Positions 48,705-59,577 of a DNA stretch of 64,000 bases are shown here, in pieces; within the stretch, counting starts at the first letter, position 1; the number at the start of each line of letters is the position of its first letter. Under the pieces are notes generated by a model. The model saw nothing but the letters and a program-made list of their open reading frames with translations. It was not told the DNA's origin and did not search any database. The translations under genes were made by a program, and so were the position numbers. This stretch comes from an uncultured Bacillota bacterium (GTDB taxonomy: Bacteria; Sysuimicrobiota; Sysuimicrobiia; Sysuimicrobiales; Segetimicrobiaceae), in assembly GCA_963804645.1 (NCBI GenBank), contig CAWDRG010000022.1:111642-175641 (forward strand), read 5' to 3'.

Positions 48705-49948
48705 GGCGGGAATAGGTGGACCTCGACCTCGGCGCCCCGGTCCACGCTCTCCTGTCCCGTCGGCACGACCACGACCCCGTCCGCCCGCGTCATCGTGGTG
48801 ATGATGCCGGACTTGCCGAGCACCGGCACCGCCCACGTGCCGTCGGCCCGCGCGTCCAGCGCCACTCGAATGTGATCCTCGCGCACGCCCGCCGACGGGA
48901 TGCGCCGGTCCATGCGCGCCCGGACGACCTGCCCGAACCCGCGCGGCCCCGTCCACCCGGCGAGCCCGCGCAGCACATCCCGCACGAACACGTCGAAGAT
49001 GACCATGCCGCTCACCGGATTCCCGGGGAGGCCCACGACCGGCGTCCCCTCGACAAGGGCGAGGATCGTCGGCTTGCCGGGCTTGATCTCCACCCCATGG
49101 ACGATCACGCCGGGCCGGCCGAGCTCGTCGATCGCGCGCGCCACCTCGTCCTTGGCGCCGACCGACGTGCCGCCGCTCACGAGCACCAGGTCGCTCGCTG
49201 CGCGCGCGTCCGCGAGCGTGCGGAGCAGCAGGCCGTAGTCATCTTTGACCACGCCATAGAGGCGCGGCTCCCCGCCCTCCTGGCGCACCAGCGCCGCGAG
49301 CGCGTACGTGTTCGACTCGCGGATCTGCCCCGGACCCGGCCGGCGGTCGGGCGGCACGAGCTCGTCCCCCGTCGGCACCACCGCGACGCGCGGCCGCAGG
49401 AACACCTCGACCTCGGCGACGCCGATCGCCGCCAGCAGCCCGAGGTCCTGCGGGCGCAGCCGCACACCGGCCCGTAGCGCCGTCTCACCCGCGCGGACGT
49501 CCTCGGCGCGGCGCATGATGTTGTCCCCAGAGCGCGGCGCCCGCGCGACCGCGACCGTCCGCTCGTCCCGCACCTCGACGTCCTCAAGCATCACGACCGC
49601 GTCGGCGCCCTCGGGCAGCATCCCGCCGGTCGGGATGCGGACCGCGGTGTGCGGGGCGACCGGCGTCCGGGCCGCCTCGCCCATCAGCACTTCACCGACC
49701 AGCGCCAGCGTCACCGGCGCCGCCTCGGACGCCCCGGCCACGTCGTCGGCGCGCACGGCGTAGCCGTCCACCGTCGAACGATCGAACTCGGGCAGGTCCT
49801 CGGGGGCCTGGGCGTCCCGCGCGAGCACGCGGCCGAACGCGTCGGCCAGCGGCACCCGCTCGGTCCCGCGCGGCCGTGGAACATACGCCCGGGCGTAGCG
49901 AGCCTTGGCCTCGGTGGGTGTCAGCAACGTGGTGAATCCGGGCATCAC
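48701..49948 (-). CDS. moeA: Molybdopterin molybdenumtransferase
   Basis: [31 protein letters not shown]. Confidence 0.93.
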   Translation of the reverse strand: MMPGFTTLLTPTEAKARYARAYVPRPRGTERVPLADAFGRVLARDAQAPEDLPEFDRSTVDGYAVRADDVAGASEAAPVTLALVGEVLMGEAARTPVAPHTAVRIPTGGMLPEGADAVVMLEDVEVRDERTVAVARAPRSGDNIMRRAEDVRAGETALRAGVRLRPQDLGLLAAIGVAEVEVFLRPRVAVVPTGDELVPPDRRPGPGQIRESNTYALAALVRQEGGEPRLYGVVKDDYGLLLRTLADARAASDLVLVSGGTSVGAKDEVARAIDELGRPGVIVHGVEIKPGKPTILALVEGTPVVGLPGNPVSGMVIFDVFVRDVLRGLAGWTGPRGFGQVVRARMDRRIPSAGVREDHIRVALDARADGTWAVPVLGKSGIITTMTRADGVVVVPTGQESVDRGAEVEVHLFPP

Positions 49949-50118
49949 TCAAATAGTATAGCATGACCGATTCACACGCCCCGGAGCGCGGCGCCGCCGG
50001 AGGAGTCTCGCGCGTCGCGACGAACGAAGAGAGGGCGCGGCGTCTCCGAACCGCACCAAGGGTGGACGCGCTCGCGCGGCGCGGACCGCCCGGGCGCGCT
50101 TCGAGAAGGAGCGGCGAC

Positions 50119-51957
50119 ATGGTCAAGGAGCTCACCAAAAATCAGGCGCTCGTCCGATGGGTCGACGAGGTCGCGGCGCGCTGCGAGCCCACCGGCATCC
50201 ACTGGTGCGACGGGTCGGACGACGAGTACAACCGCCTCACCGCCCAGCTGGTCGCGCAGGGCACGCTGCTCCGCCTGAACCCCGCGAAGCGCCCGAACTC
50301 GTTCCTCGCGTGGTCCGATCCGAGCGACACCGCGCGCGTCGAGAACCGCACGTTCATCTGCACGACCCGGAAGCAGGACGCCGGCCCCACCAACAACTGG
50401 GTCGAGCCCGACGCCATGCGGAAGACGCTGGCGGGCCTGCTGCAGGGATGCATGCGCGGGCGGACCCTGTACGTTGTCCCGTTCAGCATGGGCCCGCTCG
50501 GCTCGCCGTTTTCGCTGATCGGGGTGCAGCTCACCGATTCCGCGTACGCGGCGGTCAGCATGCGCATCATGACGCGCATGGGCGAGCAGGTCCTCGACGT
50601 GCTCGGCAACGGGACGTTCGTCAAGTGCCTGCACACGGTCGGCGCACCCCTCGCCCCCGGGCAGGTCGACTCCCGCTGGCCGTGCAACGACACGAAGTAC
50701 ATCGTCCACTTTCCCGAGGATCCGTCGATCGTCTCGTTCGGCAGCGGGTACGGCGGCAACGCGCTCCTCGGCAAGAAGTGTCTCGCGCTCCGCATCGCGT
50801 CCTGGATGGCCCGGGATCGGGGCTGGCTCGCCGAGCACATGGTGCTGATGGGGGTCACCTCCCCCGAAGGGGAACAGACCTACGTCGCGGCGGCGTTCCC
50901 GAGCGCCTGCGGCAAGACCAACTTCGCGATGCTGGTGCCGCCGGAATACTTCCGCAAGCAGGGATGGAAGGTCACCACCCTCGGCGACGACATCGCGTGG
51001 ATTCGCCCCGGCCCCGACGGCGGACTGTGGGCGATCAATCCGGAGACGGGATTCTTCGGGGTCGCCCCCGGCACGAACTCGAAGACGAATCCCAGCATCA
51101 TGGCAACGATCAGCCGGAACACGATCTTCACGAACTGCGCCCTGACGGCGGACGGGGACGTGTGGTGGGAAGGCCTGACCCCGGAGCCGCCGGCGGGCCT
51201 GACCGACTGGCGGGGCCAGCCCTACGACCGGACCAGCGGGAAGCCGGCGGCCCATCCCAACGCGCGGTTTACGGCCCCGGCCGCCCAATGCCCCTCGATC
51301 GATCCGCGGTGGGAAGACCCCGACGGCGTCCCCATCAGCGCGTTCCTGTTCGGGGGCCGTCGCAGCACCGCCGTCCCGCTCGTCTACCAGGCGGTCAACT
51401 GGAACTTCGGCGTGTACATGGCGGCGACGATGGGCTCGGAGATGACCGCGGCGGCCGAGGGCGCGGTGGGCCAGGTGCGGCGGGACCCCTTTGCGATGCT
51501 GCCGTTCTGCGGCTATCACATGGCGGAGTTCTTCAATCACTGGCTGCAGGTCGGACGCGAGCTGCCCAATCCGCCGCGGATCTTCACCGTCAACTGGTTC
51601 CGCAAGGGCGAGGACGGACAATTTCTCTGGCCCGGCTTCGGCGAGAACATGCGCGTCCTCAAATGGATCGTCGACCGGTCGCGCGGGCGGGGGTACTCGG
51701 TCGAAAGCCCGATCGGCTGGATGCCGCGGTACGAGGACCTCGACTGGGGCGGCCTCGAGGAGATCACCCGCGAACGCTTCGCGCAGCTGATGTCGGTCGA
51801 CCGGGATGCGTGGCAGCAGGAGCTGCTGTCCCACGAAGAGCTGTTCGCCCGCCTCTACGACCGGCTGCCGAAGGAACTGATCTTCATCCGGGAGTTGATG
51901 CTCTCCAGCCTGTGGCGGTCGCCCGAGCACTGGCGGCTCGCGCCCGAGACCGCCTGA
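50119..51957 (+). CDS. pckG: Phosphoenolpyruvate carboxykinase (GTP)
   Basis: [55 protein letters not shown]. Confidence 0.96.
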   Translation: MVKELTKNQALVRWVDEVAARCEPTGIHWCDGSDDEYNRLTAQLVAQGTLLRLNPAKRPNSFLAWSDPSDTARVENRTFICTTRKQDAGPTNNWVEPDAMRKTLAGLLQGCMRGRTLYVVPFSMGPLGSPFSLIGVQLTDSAYAAVSMRIMTRMGEQVLDVLGNGTFVKCLHTVGAPLAPGQVDSRWPCNDTKYIVHFPEDPSIVSFGSGYGGNALLGKKCLALRIASWMARDRGWLAEHMVLMGVTSPEGEQTYVAAAFPSACGKTNFAMLVPPEYFRKQGWKVTTLGDDIAWIRPGPDGGLWAINPETGFFGVAPGTNSKTNPSIMATISRNTIFTNCALTADGDVWWEGLTPEPPAGLTDWRGQPYDRTSGKPAAHPNARFTAPAAQCPSIDPRWEDPDGVPISAFLFGGRRSTAVPLVYQAVNWNFGVYMAATMGSEMTAAAEGAVGQVRRDPFAMLPFCGYHMAEFFNHWLQVGRELPNPPRIFTVNWFRKGEDGQFLWPGFGENMRVLKWIVDRSRGRGYSVESPIGWMPRYEDLDWGGLEEITRERFAQLMSVDRDAWQQELLSHEELFARLYDRLPKELIFIRELMLSSLWRSPEHWRLAPETA

Positions 51958-52012
51958 GCCGCGGGGCCCGGCGCCCGACGTCGTCCCGGCCGCACGCGTC
52001 CCCCGACGCGCA

Positions 52013-53239
52013 TCACGCGCGCGACCTCGACGCCGGCCTCCACCCGCGGCGGAGCACGATGCCGTGGATGGCGAGCGCGCCGACGAGTCCCGCGCCCCCG
52101 CCCACCAGGAGACCCGCGGAGAGGCCCCACATCCCGACGAGACCGCCCACGAGGAGCGCGCCGAACGGGGTCGTTCCGTTCCAGATGAGCGAGTAGATGC
52201 TCATCACCCGGCCGCGGAGCGCGTCGGGGGTGAGGAACTGCGTGGTGCCGTTGGCCACGGAACTGAAGATGGTCATGCTGCCTCCCGCCAGAAACAGCAG
52301 CCCGGCGGCGACGTCGGCCCGCGCGGCGAGGCTCAACACCATCGTGGTCGCGGACAGCACGAGCGCGGACCAGTACAGGTACGCGCCCCTCGGGAAGTCA
52401 CGGCCCCTCGAGGCCACGAGCAGCCCGCCGAGCACGGCCCCGGCGCCGTTCGCCGCCGTGAGGAACCCGAACCCGGACGCCCCAAGTCGCAGCCGCGCCT
52501 GCGCCAGCACCGGGATGAAAATGTTGTAATTCGTCGGGAAGAGCCCCATCACGGTCAGGAGCACCAGCAGCCAGAGGATTGCGGGCGTGCGATAGACGAA
52601 CTCCATGCCCTCTTCGATGCGATCCAGCAGCCCGGTCCACGACGCGACCGCCTGCTGGGGAAGGGCGCGCATGGCGCACAGCGCCGTGATCACCGCAAGG
52701 AAGCTCGCCGCATTCGCGAGAAACGCCGCGCCCACGCCCCACGCCGCGATCGCGAGCCCGCCGACCGCCGGCCCGATCAGCCGCGCGGCGCTGAACAGCG
52801 ATGAGTTGAGCGCCACCGCGGCGGACACATCGTCGGTCCCCTCCACCATCTCCACCACAAACGCCTGCCGGGCGGGAAAATCGACGGCGCTGACGATGCC
52901 GAACCCGACCGCCAGCACGGCCACGTGCCAATACCGCACACGGCCCAGGACGCTCAGCGTGCCCAGGCACAGGGCCAGGAGGAGAAACATTGTTTGGGTC
53001 CCGATGAGCAGGCGGCGTTTCGCGACGCGGTCCGCGAGGACCCCGGCGGGCAGGGACAGCAGGAGCGTGGGAAACCACTGGAGCGCGCTGACGACGCCCA
53101 GGAGAAACGCCGAGTGCGTCAGTTGCAGCACCAGCCACGCTTGGCCCACGGACTGCATCCAGGTGCCGATCAGCGACACGAACTGACCGGCGAAGAACAG
53201 CCGGAAGTTGCGGTGGCGCAACGGGGCCAGCGCCGGCAC
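52013..53239 (-). CDS. MFS transporter
   Basis: LRHRNFRLFFAGQFVSLIGTWMQ, GVLADR, RGRVMS; start uncertain. Confidence 0.88.
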   Translation of the reverse strand: MPALAPLRHRNFRLFFAGQFVSLIGTWMQSVGQAWLVLQLTHSAFLLGVVSALQWFPTLLLSLPAGVLADRVAKRRLLIGTQTMFLLLALCLGTLSVLGRVRYWHVAVLAVGFGIVSAVDFPARQAFVVEMVEGTDDVSAAVALNSSLFSAARLIGPAVGGLAIAAWGVGAAFLANAASFLAVITALCAMRALPQQAVASWTGLLDRIEEGMEFVYRTPAILWLLVLLTVMGLFPTNYNIFIPVLAQARLRLGASGFGFLTAANGAGAVLGGLLVASRGRDFPRGAYLYWSALVLSATTMVLSLAARADVAAGLLFLAGGSMTIFSSVANGTTQFLTPDALRGRVMSIYSLIWNGTTPFGALLVGGLVGMWGLSAGLLVGGGAGLVGALAIHGIVLRRGWRPASRSRA

Positions 53240-53253
53240 GTCGCGAAGCCGTT

Positions 53254-53700
53254 TCAGCGGCGTTCCGACACCGCCGCCTGATTCCCGTCCGTCGCCGAGC
53301 GCACACCGGCGCGCGCCGCGATCTGCGCCACGAGCGCCGGGTACGCACCGCCCAGTTCGCGCACCGCGACCATGGACACCCGCAGCACGGTGACCCGGGT
53401 GCGCGCGTACCCTCCCGCGGGGTGCGGCGGCGCGTCGAGGAGTGCGCCCTCCCCAAGGGCCACGCCGACGCCGGCGATCCCGACCCGCAGCGGGCGCCGG
53501 CGGCGGTCGTGGACCAGCGCCATGTCGCCCCGCACGATCACGCCGAACCATTCGTGCTGGGCGCCCTCATGAAACAGCCAGCGTCCGGCCTCGTACGTGT
53601 GCACGTCGGCATACGCGGCGAGCTTGGCGAGATCCGCCGCCGCGCACCCCGCGAAAAATGGACTGTGCGTCAAGGCGTCTCTAGCCTCGTCGACACCCAC
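53254..53700 (-). CDS. Cyclic-nucleotide-binding domain protein
   Basis: SPFFAG....LAKLA, LFHEG, GEGALLD. Confidence 0.75.
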   Translation of the reverse strand: MGVDEARDALTHSPFFAGCAAADLAKLAAYADVHTYEAGRWLFHEGAQHEWFGVIVRGDMALVHDRRRRPLRVGIAGVGVALGEGALLDAPPHPAGGYARTRVTVLRVSMVAVRELGGAYPALVAQIAARAGVRSATDGNQAAVSERR

Positions 53701-54064
53701 CGTCCGATCCTCCTCGCCGGTTCACATGCCAGCCGCGCCCCCTGCGACGTCCCGGCAGGTCGCATGACGTGCTCCATGCGTAGCGTACCGGCCGGCGGCG
53801 GCGGAGGGTATCGGGCGATCAGAGGATGCGGCGGTCGGACGACCCTGAGTGACGTCGCAGTCAAGACGCACCCGCCAGGACAACGTCGATCGCGGCCGCG
53901 GCTGACGTCCCGGCATGCGTGCACACCCATGTCGGCTCGGCCACAGGAATGCTCGATTGCAGTGTGAAGTAGTTCCGCAGATCGGCCGCACGAGCGTCTC
54001 ATGACGCGGCGTCGCCGAGGACGGTTTCGCAGATTCGATTGGGGGGGCACGGCCGGATGAGTGG

Positions 54065-56758
54065 GTGTCGCATCGCAACGACCGTGACCCCGCCGTGCGA
54101 CCGCTAATGCCGCCGGCCCGGAGCACCTCCGGGGAGTGGCTCGGCGATGCGCTGCCCGATCTCGCCACGGTGGCGTGCTTGCCGGCCGAGGACGTGCTCG
54201 GGCGGCTGCACACCACGCGCACCGGCCTGACGACGAGCGAAGCGACACGCCGGCGGGCGCTCGTTGGGTCCAACGCGCTGCGCAGCCACCGGCTTGGGAC
54301 GCTGAGGCTGCTCTGGGGCCAGCTCAACAATCCGTTCCTCCTCCTCCTCGCTGGCACCGCCATGGTCTCGCTCGTGTCGCGGGACCGGATCGATGCCGCC
54401 ATCATCTTGGGCATCGTGGCGATGAGCGTGGGGCTTGGGTTCATCAGCGAGTACCGCAGCGCGCGGGCGATTGCGGATCTCCAGGCCCAACTGCGCCCCA
54501 CGGCACGGACGATGCGCGACGGGCGGCTGACGGCGATTGACGTGACCGCGCTCGTTCCGGGCGACATCGTCGTCCTCGACGTCGGCGACATCATCCCCGC
54601 GGATCTGCGGCTGCTCGACGCGCGGGGCCTCGAGTGCGATGAAGCGGTCCTCACGGGCGAGTCGGTGCCCGTCGAGAAGACGTCCACGGCGAGCGCCAAC
54701 GGCGGCCCCGTCGATCTGTCGCCGTGCGCGCTCATGGGAACGGTCGTCCGCCAGGGCATGGGCAGTGGCGTTGTGGTCGCCACCGGTTCCGCCACGCAAC
54801 TTGGGCGGATCGCGCTGCGGATCGGTGGACGGTTGCCGGAAACCGCCTTTCAGCAGGGGCTGCGGAACTTTTCGAATCTCCTGGTCTGGATCACGGGCGT
54901 CGTGACGAGCGTCGTGTTCGTCGTCAACGCGCTGCTCCGTCACTCCGTCTTCGAGTCGCTCCTGTTCGCGCTCGCCATCGCCGTCAGCTTGACCCCCCAG
55001 CTGCTGCCGGCGATCGTCACCGTCAGCCTCGCGACGGGGGCGCGCCGCATGGCCGCCCGCTCCGTCCTCGTCAAACGTCTGGTCAGCATCGAGGATCTCG
55101 GCAACATGGTGGTGCTGTTCACCGACAAAACGGGCACCCTCACCGAGGGACGCACGACGTTCGCGGCGGCGCTCGATCTCCACGGCGCGCCGTCCCCCGA
55201 GGTACTGCAGTTGGGGCTGCTGTGTACCCCGGCGACCGCGGCCGAGGGCGGCGTTGCCAGCCGTAGCACGACCAACGCGCTCGACGCGGCGCTCTGGGAC
55301 GCGTCGGCACCCGTGCGCGCGGGCCTGAATGCCTGGCACCGCGTCGCCGACGCGCCGTTTGACTACGACCGCCGCCTCATGTCGGTCCTGGTCGATGACG
55401 GGACACACCGCCGGTTGATTGTCAAAGGAGCGCCGGAGTCAGTCCTGGCCCGGTGCGCCACGCGTCCGCCCGACTTTACGCAGCTGCTCACGGCCCAGTT
55501 TGCCGCCGGGGTGCGCGTCATTGCGGTCGCCACGCGCGAGGCACCCGGACTGACCGCGATCAGCCCGTCCGATGAGGACGGGCTGATGCCGGCGGGCGTC
55601 CTCACCTTCGCCGACCCGCCGAAGGCCGATGCCGCTGCGTCGATCGTGCGTCTCGAGCAGTTGGGCATCGCGATCAAGATCGTCACGGGTGATAACGAAC
55701 TCGTGGCGCAGAAAGTCTGCCGCGACCTCGGGATGGCAGTGGCCGGGACGCTGACCGGCACGGCGCTCGCGCAGATGAGCGATCCGGAGCTCACCGCCGC
55801 GCTGCCAGGCACCACGATCTTCGCCCGCATCTCTCCCGAGCAGAAGGCGCGGCTCATCCAACTGCAGCGCAAGACCGGCGTGGATGTCGGGTTCCTCGGC
55901 GACGGCGTGAACGACGCGGTCGCATTGCATGACGCCGACGTCGGCATCTCCGTCGAATCGGCGACGGACGTGGCCAAGGACGCCGCCGACATCGTCCTGA
56001 TCACGAAGGACCTCGGGATCCTCGCCGACGGCGTCGCCGAAGGACGGCGGATCTTCGCCAACACGATCAAGTACCTCGTCATGGGCACGTCATCGAACTT
56101 CGGCAACATGCTCAGTACCGCGGGGGGCTCGTTGATCCTGCCGTTTCTCCCGCTCCTGGCGTCGCAGGTGTTGCTCGGCAACCTCCTGTACGATGGCAGC
56201 GAGATGACGATCCCGACGGACAATGTCGATCCGGAGCAGTTGCTGCGGCCGGCGCACTGGGACATCGGGATCATCCGGCGCTTTATGACCGTGTTCGGCC
56301 CCATCAGTTCCCTCTTCGACTACGCGATCTTCGCCGTCATGCTGCTGGTGTTTCACGCCACGCCGAGGGAGTTTCGTTCGGGGTACTTCGTGGAATCGTT
56401 CGTCACGCAGACGTTGATCATCTTCGTGCTCCGCACGCGCCGGGTGCCGTTTTTTCGCAGTCGACCCAGCTGGCCGCTGGCCGCCACGACACTCGGGGTG
56501 GCGATCGTCGGCGCCGGCCTCCCGTTCTCGCCGATCGCGGCCGTCCTCGGATTTGCCCCTCTCCCCCCGACGTTTTTCGGCGTCCTCGCCGTGCTGGTCG
56601 TCGTCTACATCGTCCTCGTGGACGCCGCGAAGACCTGGTTCTTTCGTACCGTCGCGTCTCGTCGCCCGACCACCCCCGGTACCAGCCCACCCGAGCACCG
56701 CCGGCTCGCGCGCATGGTGGCCCGCTGGCGGCAGCCTAGGAGTCAGGTAGCGGGGTAA
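54065..56758 (+). CDS. mgtA: Magnesium-translocating P-type ATPase
   Basis: LTGES, LTPQLLP, DKTGTLT, GDGVND, TSSNFGN, IPTDNVD. Confidence 0.9.
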   Translation: MSHRNDRDPAVRPLMPPARSTSGEWLGDALPDLATVACLPAEDVLGRLHTTRTGLTTSEATRRRALVGSNALRSHRLGTLRLLWGQLNNPFLLLLAGTAMVSLVSRDRIDAAIILGIVAMSVGLGFISEYRSARAIADLQAQLRPTARTMRDGRLTAIDVTALVPGDIVVLDVGDIIPADLRLLDARGLECDEAVLTGESVPVEKTSTASANGGPVDLSPCALMGTVVRQGMGSGVVVATGSATQLGRIALRIGGRLPETAFQQGLRNFSNLLVWITGVVTSVVFVVNALLRHSVFESLLFALAIAVSLTPQLLPAIVTVSLATGARRMAARSVLVKRLVSIEDLGNMVVLFTDKTGTLTEGRTTFAAALDLHGAPSPEVLQLGLLCTPATAAEGGVASRSTTNALDAALWDASAPVRAGLNAWHRVADAPFDYDRRLMSVLVDDGTHRRLIVKGAPESVLARCATRPPDFTQLLTAQFAAGVRVIAVATREAPGLTAISPSDEDGLMPAGVLTFADPPKADAAASIVRLEQLGIAIKIVTGDNELVAQKVCRDLGMAVAGTLTGTALAQMSDPELTAALPGTTIFARISPEQKARLIQLQRKTGVDVGFLGDGVNDAVALHDADVGISVESATDVAKDAADIVLITKDLGILADGVAEGRRIFANTIKYLVMGTSSNFGNMLSTAGGSLILPFLPLLASQVLLGNLLYDGSEMTIPTDNVDPEQLLRPAHWDIGIIRRFMTVFGPISSLFDYAIFAVMLLVFHATPREFRSGYFVESFVTQTLIIFVLRTRRVPFFRSRPSWPLAATTLGVAIVGAGLPFSPIAAVLGFAPLPPTFFGVLAVLVVVYIVLVDAAKTWFFRTVASRRPTTPGTSPPEHRRLARMVARWRQPRSQVAG

Positions 56759-56828
56759 CACGCACCCCACGCGACGAGGTCCGGCGTCGTGGACGAGGGA
56801 CAGCACGCAGCGCCGCCCGCGCGGCCGG

Positions 56829-57188
56829 CTACAGGCGCTGCAAATGCGTGTCTTTGAACCCGGTCGGGTACTTCAGCCCATAGCCGAGGAGCCGATCAAC
56901 TCCGATGTGGGCTCCAAGAATCAGGGCGCACAATACCACAAACCCGTGCCCCGTAACGACACCAACTGCCGCCAGGACCCCGGCGGTCGTGTACGTGTGG
57001 ACCAGATTGTAGGCGGCGGCGCCGACGCGGGGTCCGGCGAGGTAGCCGAGCATGGAGAGATCGGGGACCAAGAAGAGCACCGCGAACCAGAGCCAACCCC
57101 CGCCGTGGAACGCGTAGAGCGCCGCGGCCAGCACCGCGGCGGTCAGGCCCTCCAACCGGATCAGCACATTGGGATGAAGCACAGCCAT
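56829..57188 (-). CDS. DUF4260-like membrane protein
   Basis: RLEG, PDLSMLGY, YNLVH, HIGVDRLLGYGLKY..FKDTHL. Confidence 0.82.
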   Translation of the reverse strand: MAVLHPNVLIRLEGLTAAVLAAALYAFHGGGWLWFAVLFLVPDLSMLGYLAGPRVGAAAYNLVHTYTTAGVLAAVGVVTGHGFVVLCALILGAHIGVDRLLGYGLKYPTGFKDTHLQRL

Positions 57189-57284
57189 CCTCCCCCCGCT
57201 GATCTGCCTCGGCGCGCCCCGCCACCGCCGCCGTGGGGCCCCGTCCCCTCGGCGGCGCGGCGGCTCCCGGCGATGCCGTGGCGC

Positions 57285-58466
57285 TCACCGGACCACCCCC
57301 ATCTCACGGCCCACGGCACCGCAGATCGCAAGCGCGCGCGTCAAATCCTGCGGCGTGTGACCCGCGCTGACGATCGTGCGTACGCGTGCCTTCCCGCGCG
57401 GAACCGTCGGGTAGGCGATCCCGAGCGCGAACACGCCCTCCTCAAAGAGCCGGTCGGAGAACCGCATCGCCTCGGCCTCACCGCCGATCATGATCGGCGT
57501 GATCGGCGTCTCGCTCGCGCCCGTGTCGAACCCGAGGCGCGCGAGGCCCGCCTTGAACAGCCGCGTGTTGTCCCACAGCCGATCGATGAGGCCCGGATCC
57601 CGCTCGATCAAATCGAGCGCCGCGATCGCGGTCGCCGCCACCGACGGGGGATGCGACGTGCTGAACAGCAGCGGCCGCGCGCGCTGCATCAGAAACTCGA
57701 TCAGCGGCCGCCGGCCGGCAACATAGCCGCCGAGGCACGCCCACGCCTTGCTGAGCGTGCCGACCTGGATGTCCACCTGGTCGTGCATCCCGAAGTGCTC
57801 CACGGTGCCGCGCCCGCCCGCGCCCATCACCCCGCTCGCGTGCGCGTCGTCGACCATCATGATCGCCCCGAACTCCCGCGCCAGGGCGCACAGCTCGGGC
57901 AGCGGCGCCACGTCGCCGTCCATGCTGAACACCCCGTCGGTGATGAGCAGCACGCGGCGGGCCCCGCGGGCCTCTTCGAGGCACCGCCGCGCCGCCGCGA
58001 CGTCCTTGTGGGGAAAGATCTTCCGGTCGGCGCCGCTCAGCCGGCAGCCGTCGATGATGCTCGCGTGATTCAGCGCGTCGCTGACCACGACGTCGCCCTT
58101 CCCGAGAATCGCCGACACCGTCCCGGCGTTCGCCGTGAACCCGGACTGGTACAGGAGCGCCCCCTCGGTGCGCTTGAACACCGCCAGCCGGCGCTCGAGC
58201 TCGTCGTGGATCGCCATGTTGCCGGCGATCGTCCGCACCGCCCCGGAGCCGACCCCGTACGCGTCGATCGCGTCCCGCGCCGCCGCCTTGAGGGTCGGGT
58301 CGTTGGCCAGCCCCAGATAGTTGTTGGCGCAGAGGTTGATGACCCGGCGGCCGTCGTAGACGCACACGGGCGCCTGCTCGCCCGCGAGCTCGCGGGGCCA
58401 CCGGTACACGCCGCTCTCCCGCAGCGCGCGGAGCTCGTCATCGAGAAACGCCAGCGGATCGCTCAT
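57285..58466 (-). CDS. kbl: Glycine C-acetyltransferase
   Basis: NNYLGLA, SDALNHASIIDG, TDGVFSMDGD, GTLSKA; adjacent to tdh. Confidence 0.9.
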   Translation of the reverse strand: MSDPLAFLDDELRALRESGVYRWPRELAGEQAPVCVYDGRRVINLCANNYLGLANDPTLKAAARDAIDAYGVGSGAVRTIAGNMAIHDELERRLAVFKRTEGALLYQSGFTANAGTVSAILGKGDVVVSDALNHASIIDGCRLSGADRKIFPHKDVAAARRCLEEARGARRVLLITDGVFSMDGDVAPLPELCALAREFGAIMMVDDAHASGVMGAGGRGTVEHFGMHDQVDIQVGTLSKAWACLGGYVAGRRPLIEFLMQRARPLLFSTSHPPSVAATAIAALDLIERDPGLIDRLWDNTRLFKAGLARLGFDTGASETPITPIMIGGEAEAMRFSDRLFEEGVFALGIAYPTVPRGKARVRTIVSAGHTPQDLTRALAICGAVGREMGVVR

Positions 58467-58524
58467 CCCATACGCCTCCCCGGAGCGTGCGCGAGCGCCG
58501 GACAACGCCGCGGGACCGCGCGCC

Positions 58525-59577
58525 TCATGCCGCCCCGTCCACGCTGAGTATCACTTTGCCGCACTGACCGGACCGCATCAGATCGAACGCCTCCCGAAAC
58601 CGCGCCATCGGGAATCGGTGGGTGATGACGGGGCGCGGGTCGAGCCCGGCGGCGAGCAACGCGCTGCCCTTGTACCACGTCTCCCACAGGCGGCGCCCGA
58701 AGATCCCCTGCAGGCGGAGCCCCTTGAAGATCACGTCGTTGGCCAGATCCACGGCGAACGGGGCGTGCGGCAGCCCGAGCAGCGCGGCGAAGCCGCCGTT
58801 CCGCAGCCCCGCCAGCCCCGCGTGCAGTCCCTCGGGACTGCCGGAGAACTCGAGCAGCACGTCGGCCCCCTCCCCCCGCGTCAGCGACCGCACGAACGCG
58901 GCCGTGTCCTCGCGGCCCGCGTCGACCACCCGGTCCGCGCCGACCGCCCCGGCCAGGCGCAGCCGGTAGGGGTTCACATCGACAGCGATCACCGGGGCCG
59001 CCCCGGCCCGCCGGGCGATCAGCACCGCGCACAGTCCGATCGGACCGCACCCCATCACGACCACCGAGCGGGTGGCGAGATCGGTGGCGAACGCGGTGTG
59101 CACCGCGTTGCCGAACGGATCCATCATCGCCGCCACCTCGCGCGGCACATCGGGCCACATCTTCCAGGCGTTGCGCGCGGGCAGCACGACGTACTCCGCG
59201 AACGCCCCGTCGCGGTCGATCCCGATGATCTGCAGCGCTTCGCAGATGTGCCCGTCCCCGCGCCGGCACAGGTGGCAGCGGCCGCAGTTGATGTGGCACT
59301 CCCCCGCGATGAAGTCCCCCGGGGCAACGCCGGCGGCGTCCGGCGCGGCCTCGACGACCGTCCCGCAGAACTCATGTCCGATCACGCGCGGTGGACGCAC
59401 GTGCGAAGCGGCCCACGCGTCCCACTCGTCGATGTGGAGGTCGGTCCCGCAGATTCCGACGGCGTGGACCCGGACCAGCACGTCGCCCGGACCCAGCCGC
59501 GGCACCGGCACGGTCCGCAGTTCGAAGCCGGGACCCGGGCCGGGTTTGACGAGGGCGCGCATGGTGTCCCCGCTCAT
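58525..59577 (-). CDS. tdh: L-threonine 3-dehydrogenase
   Basis: GICGTDLHI, GHEF, Zn Cys cluster, DPFGNAVHT, GCGPIG, GRRLWETW. Confidence 0.9.
   Translation of the reverse strand: MSGDTMRALVKPGPGPGFELRTVPVPRLGPGDVLVRVHAVGICGTDLHIDEWDAWAASHVRPPRVIGHEFCGTVVEAAPDAAGVAPGDFIAGECHINCGRCHLCRRGDGHICEALQIIGIDRDGAFAEYVVLPARNAWKMWPDVPREVAAMMDPFGNAVHTAFATDLATRSVVVMGCGPIGLCAVLIARRAGAAPVIAVDVNPYRLRLAGAVGADRVVDAGREDTAAFVRSLTRGEGADVLLEFSGSPEGLHAGLAGLRNGGFAALLGLPHAPFAVDLANDVIFKGLRLQGIFGRRLWETWYKGSALLAAGLDPRPVITHRFPMARFREAFDLMRSGQCGKVILSVDGAA

Noticed and set aside
39849..51930. Long antisense or alternate-frame ORFs (39849-41192, 46357-48219, 49972-51930, 50157-52196; also 744-2321 and others)
   Set aside because: Shadow ORFs typical of high-GC DNA, overlapping well-supported genes and lacking motifs.
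53701..54064. Mg-sensing riboswitch or leader peptide upstream of mgtA
   Set aside because: No M-box consensus or Pro-rich leader recognisable by eye; would need a covariance-model search.
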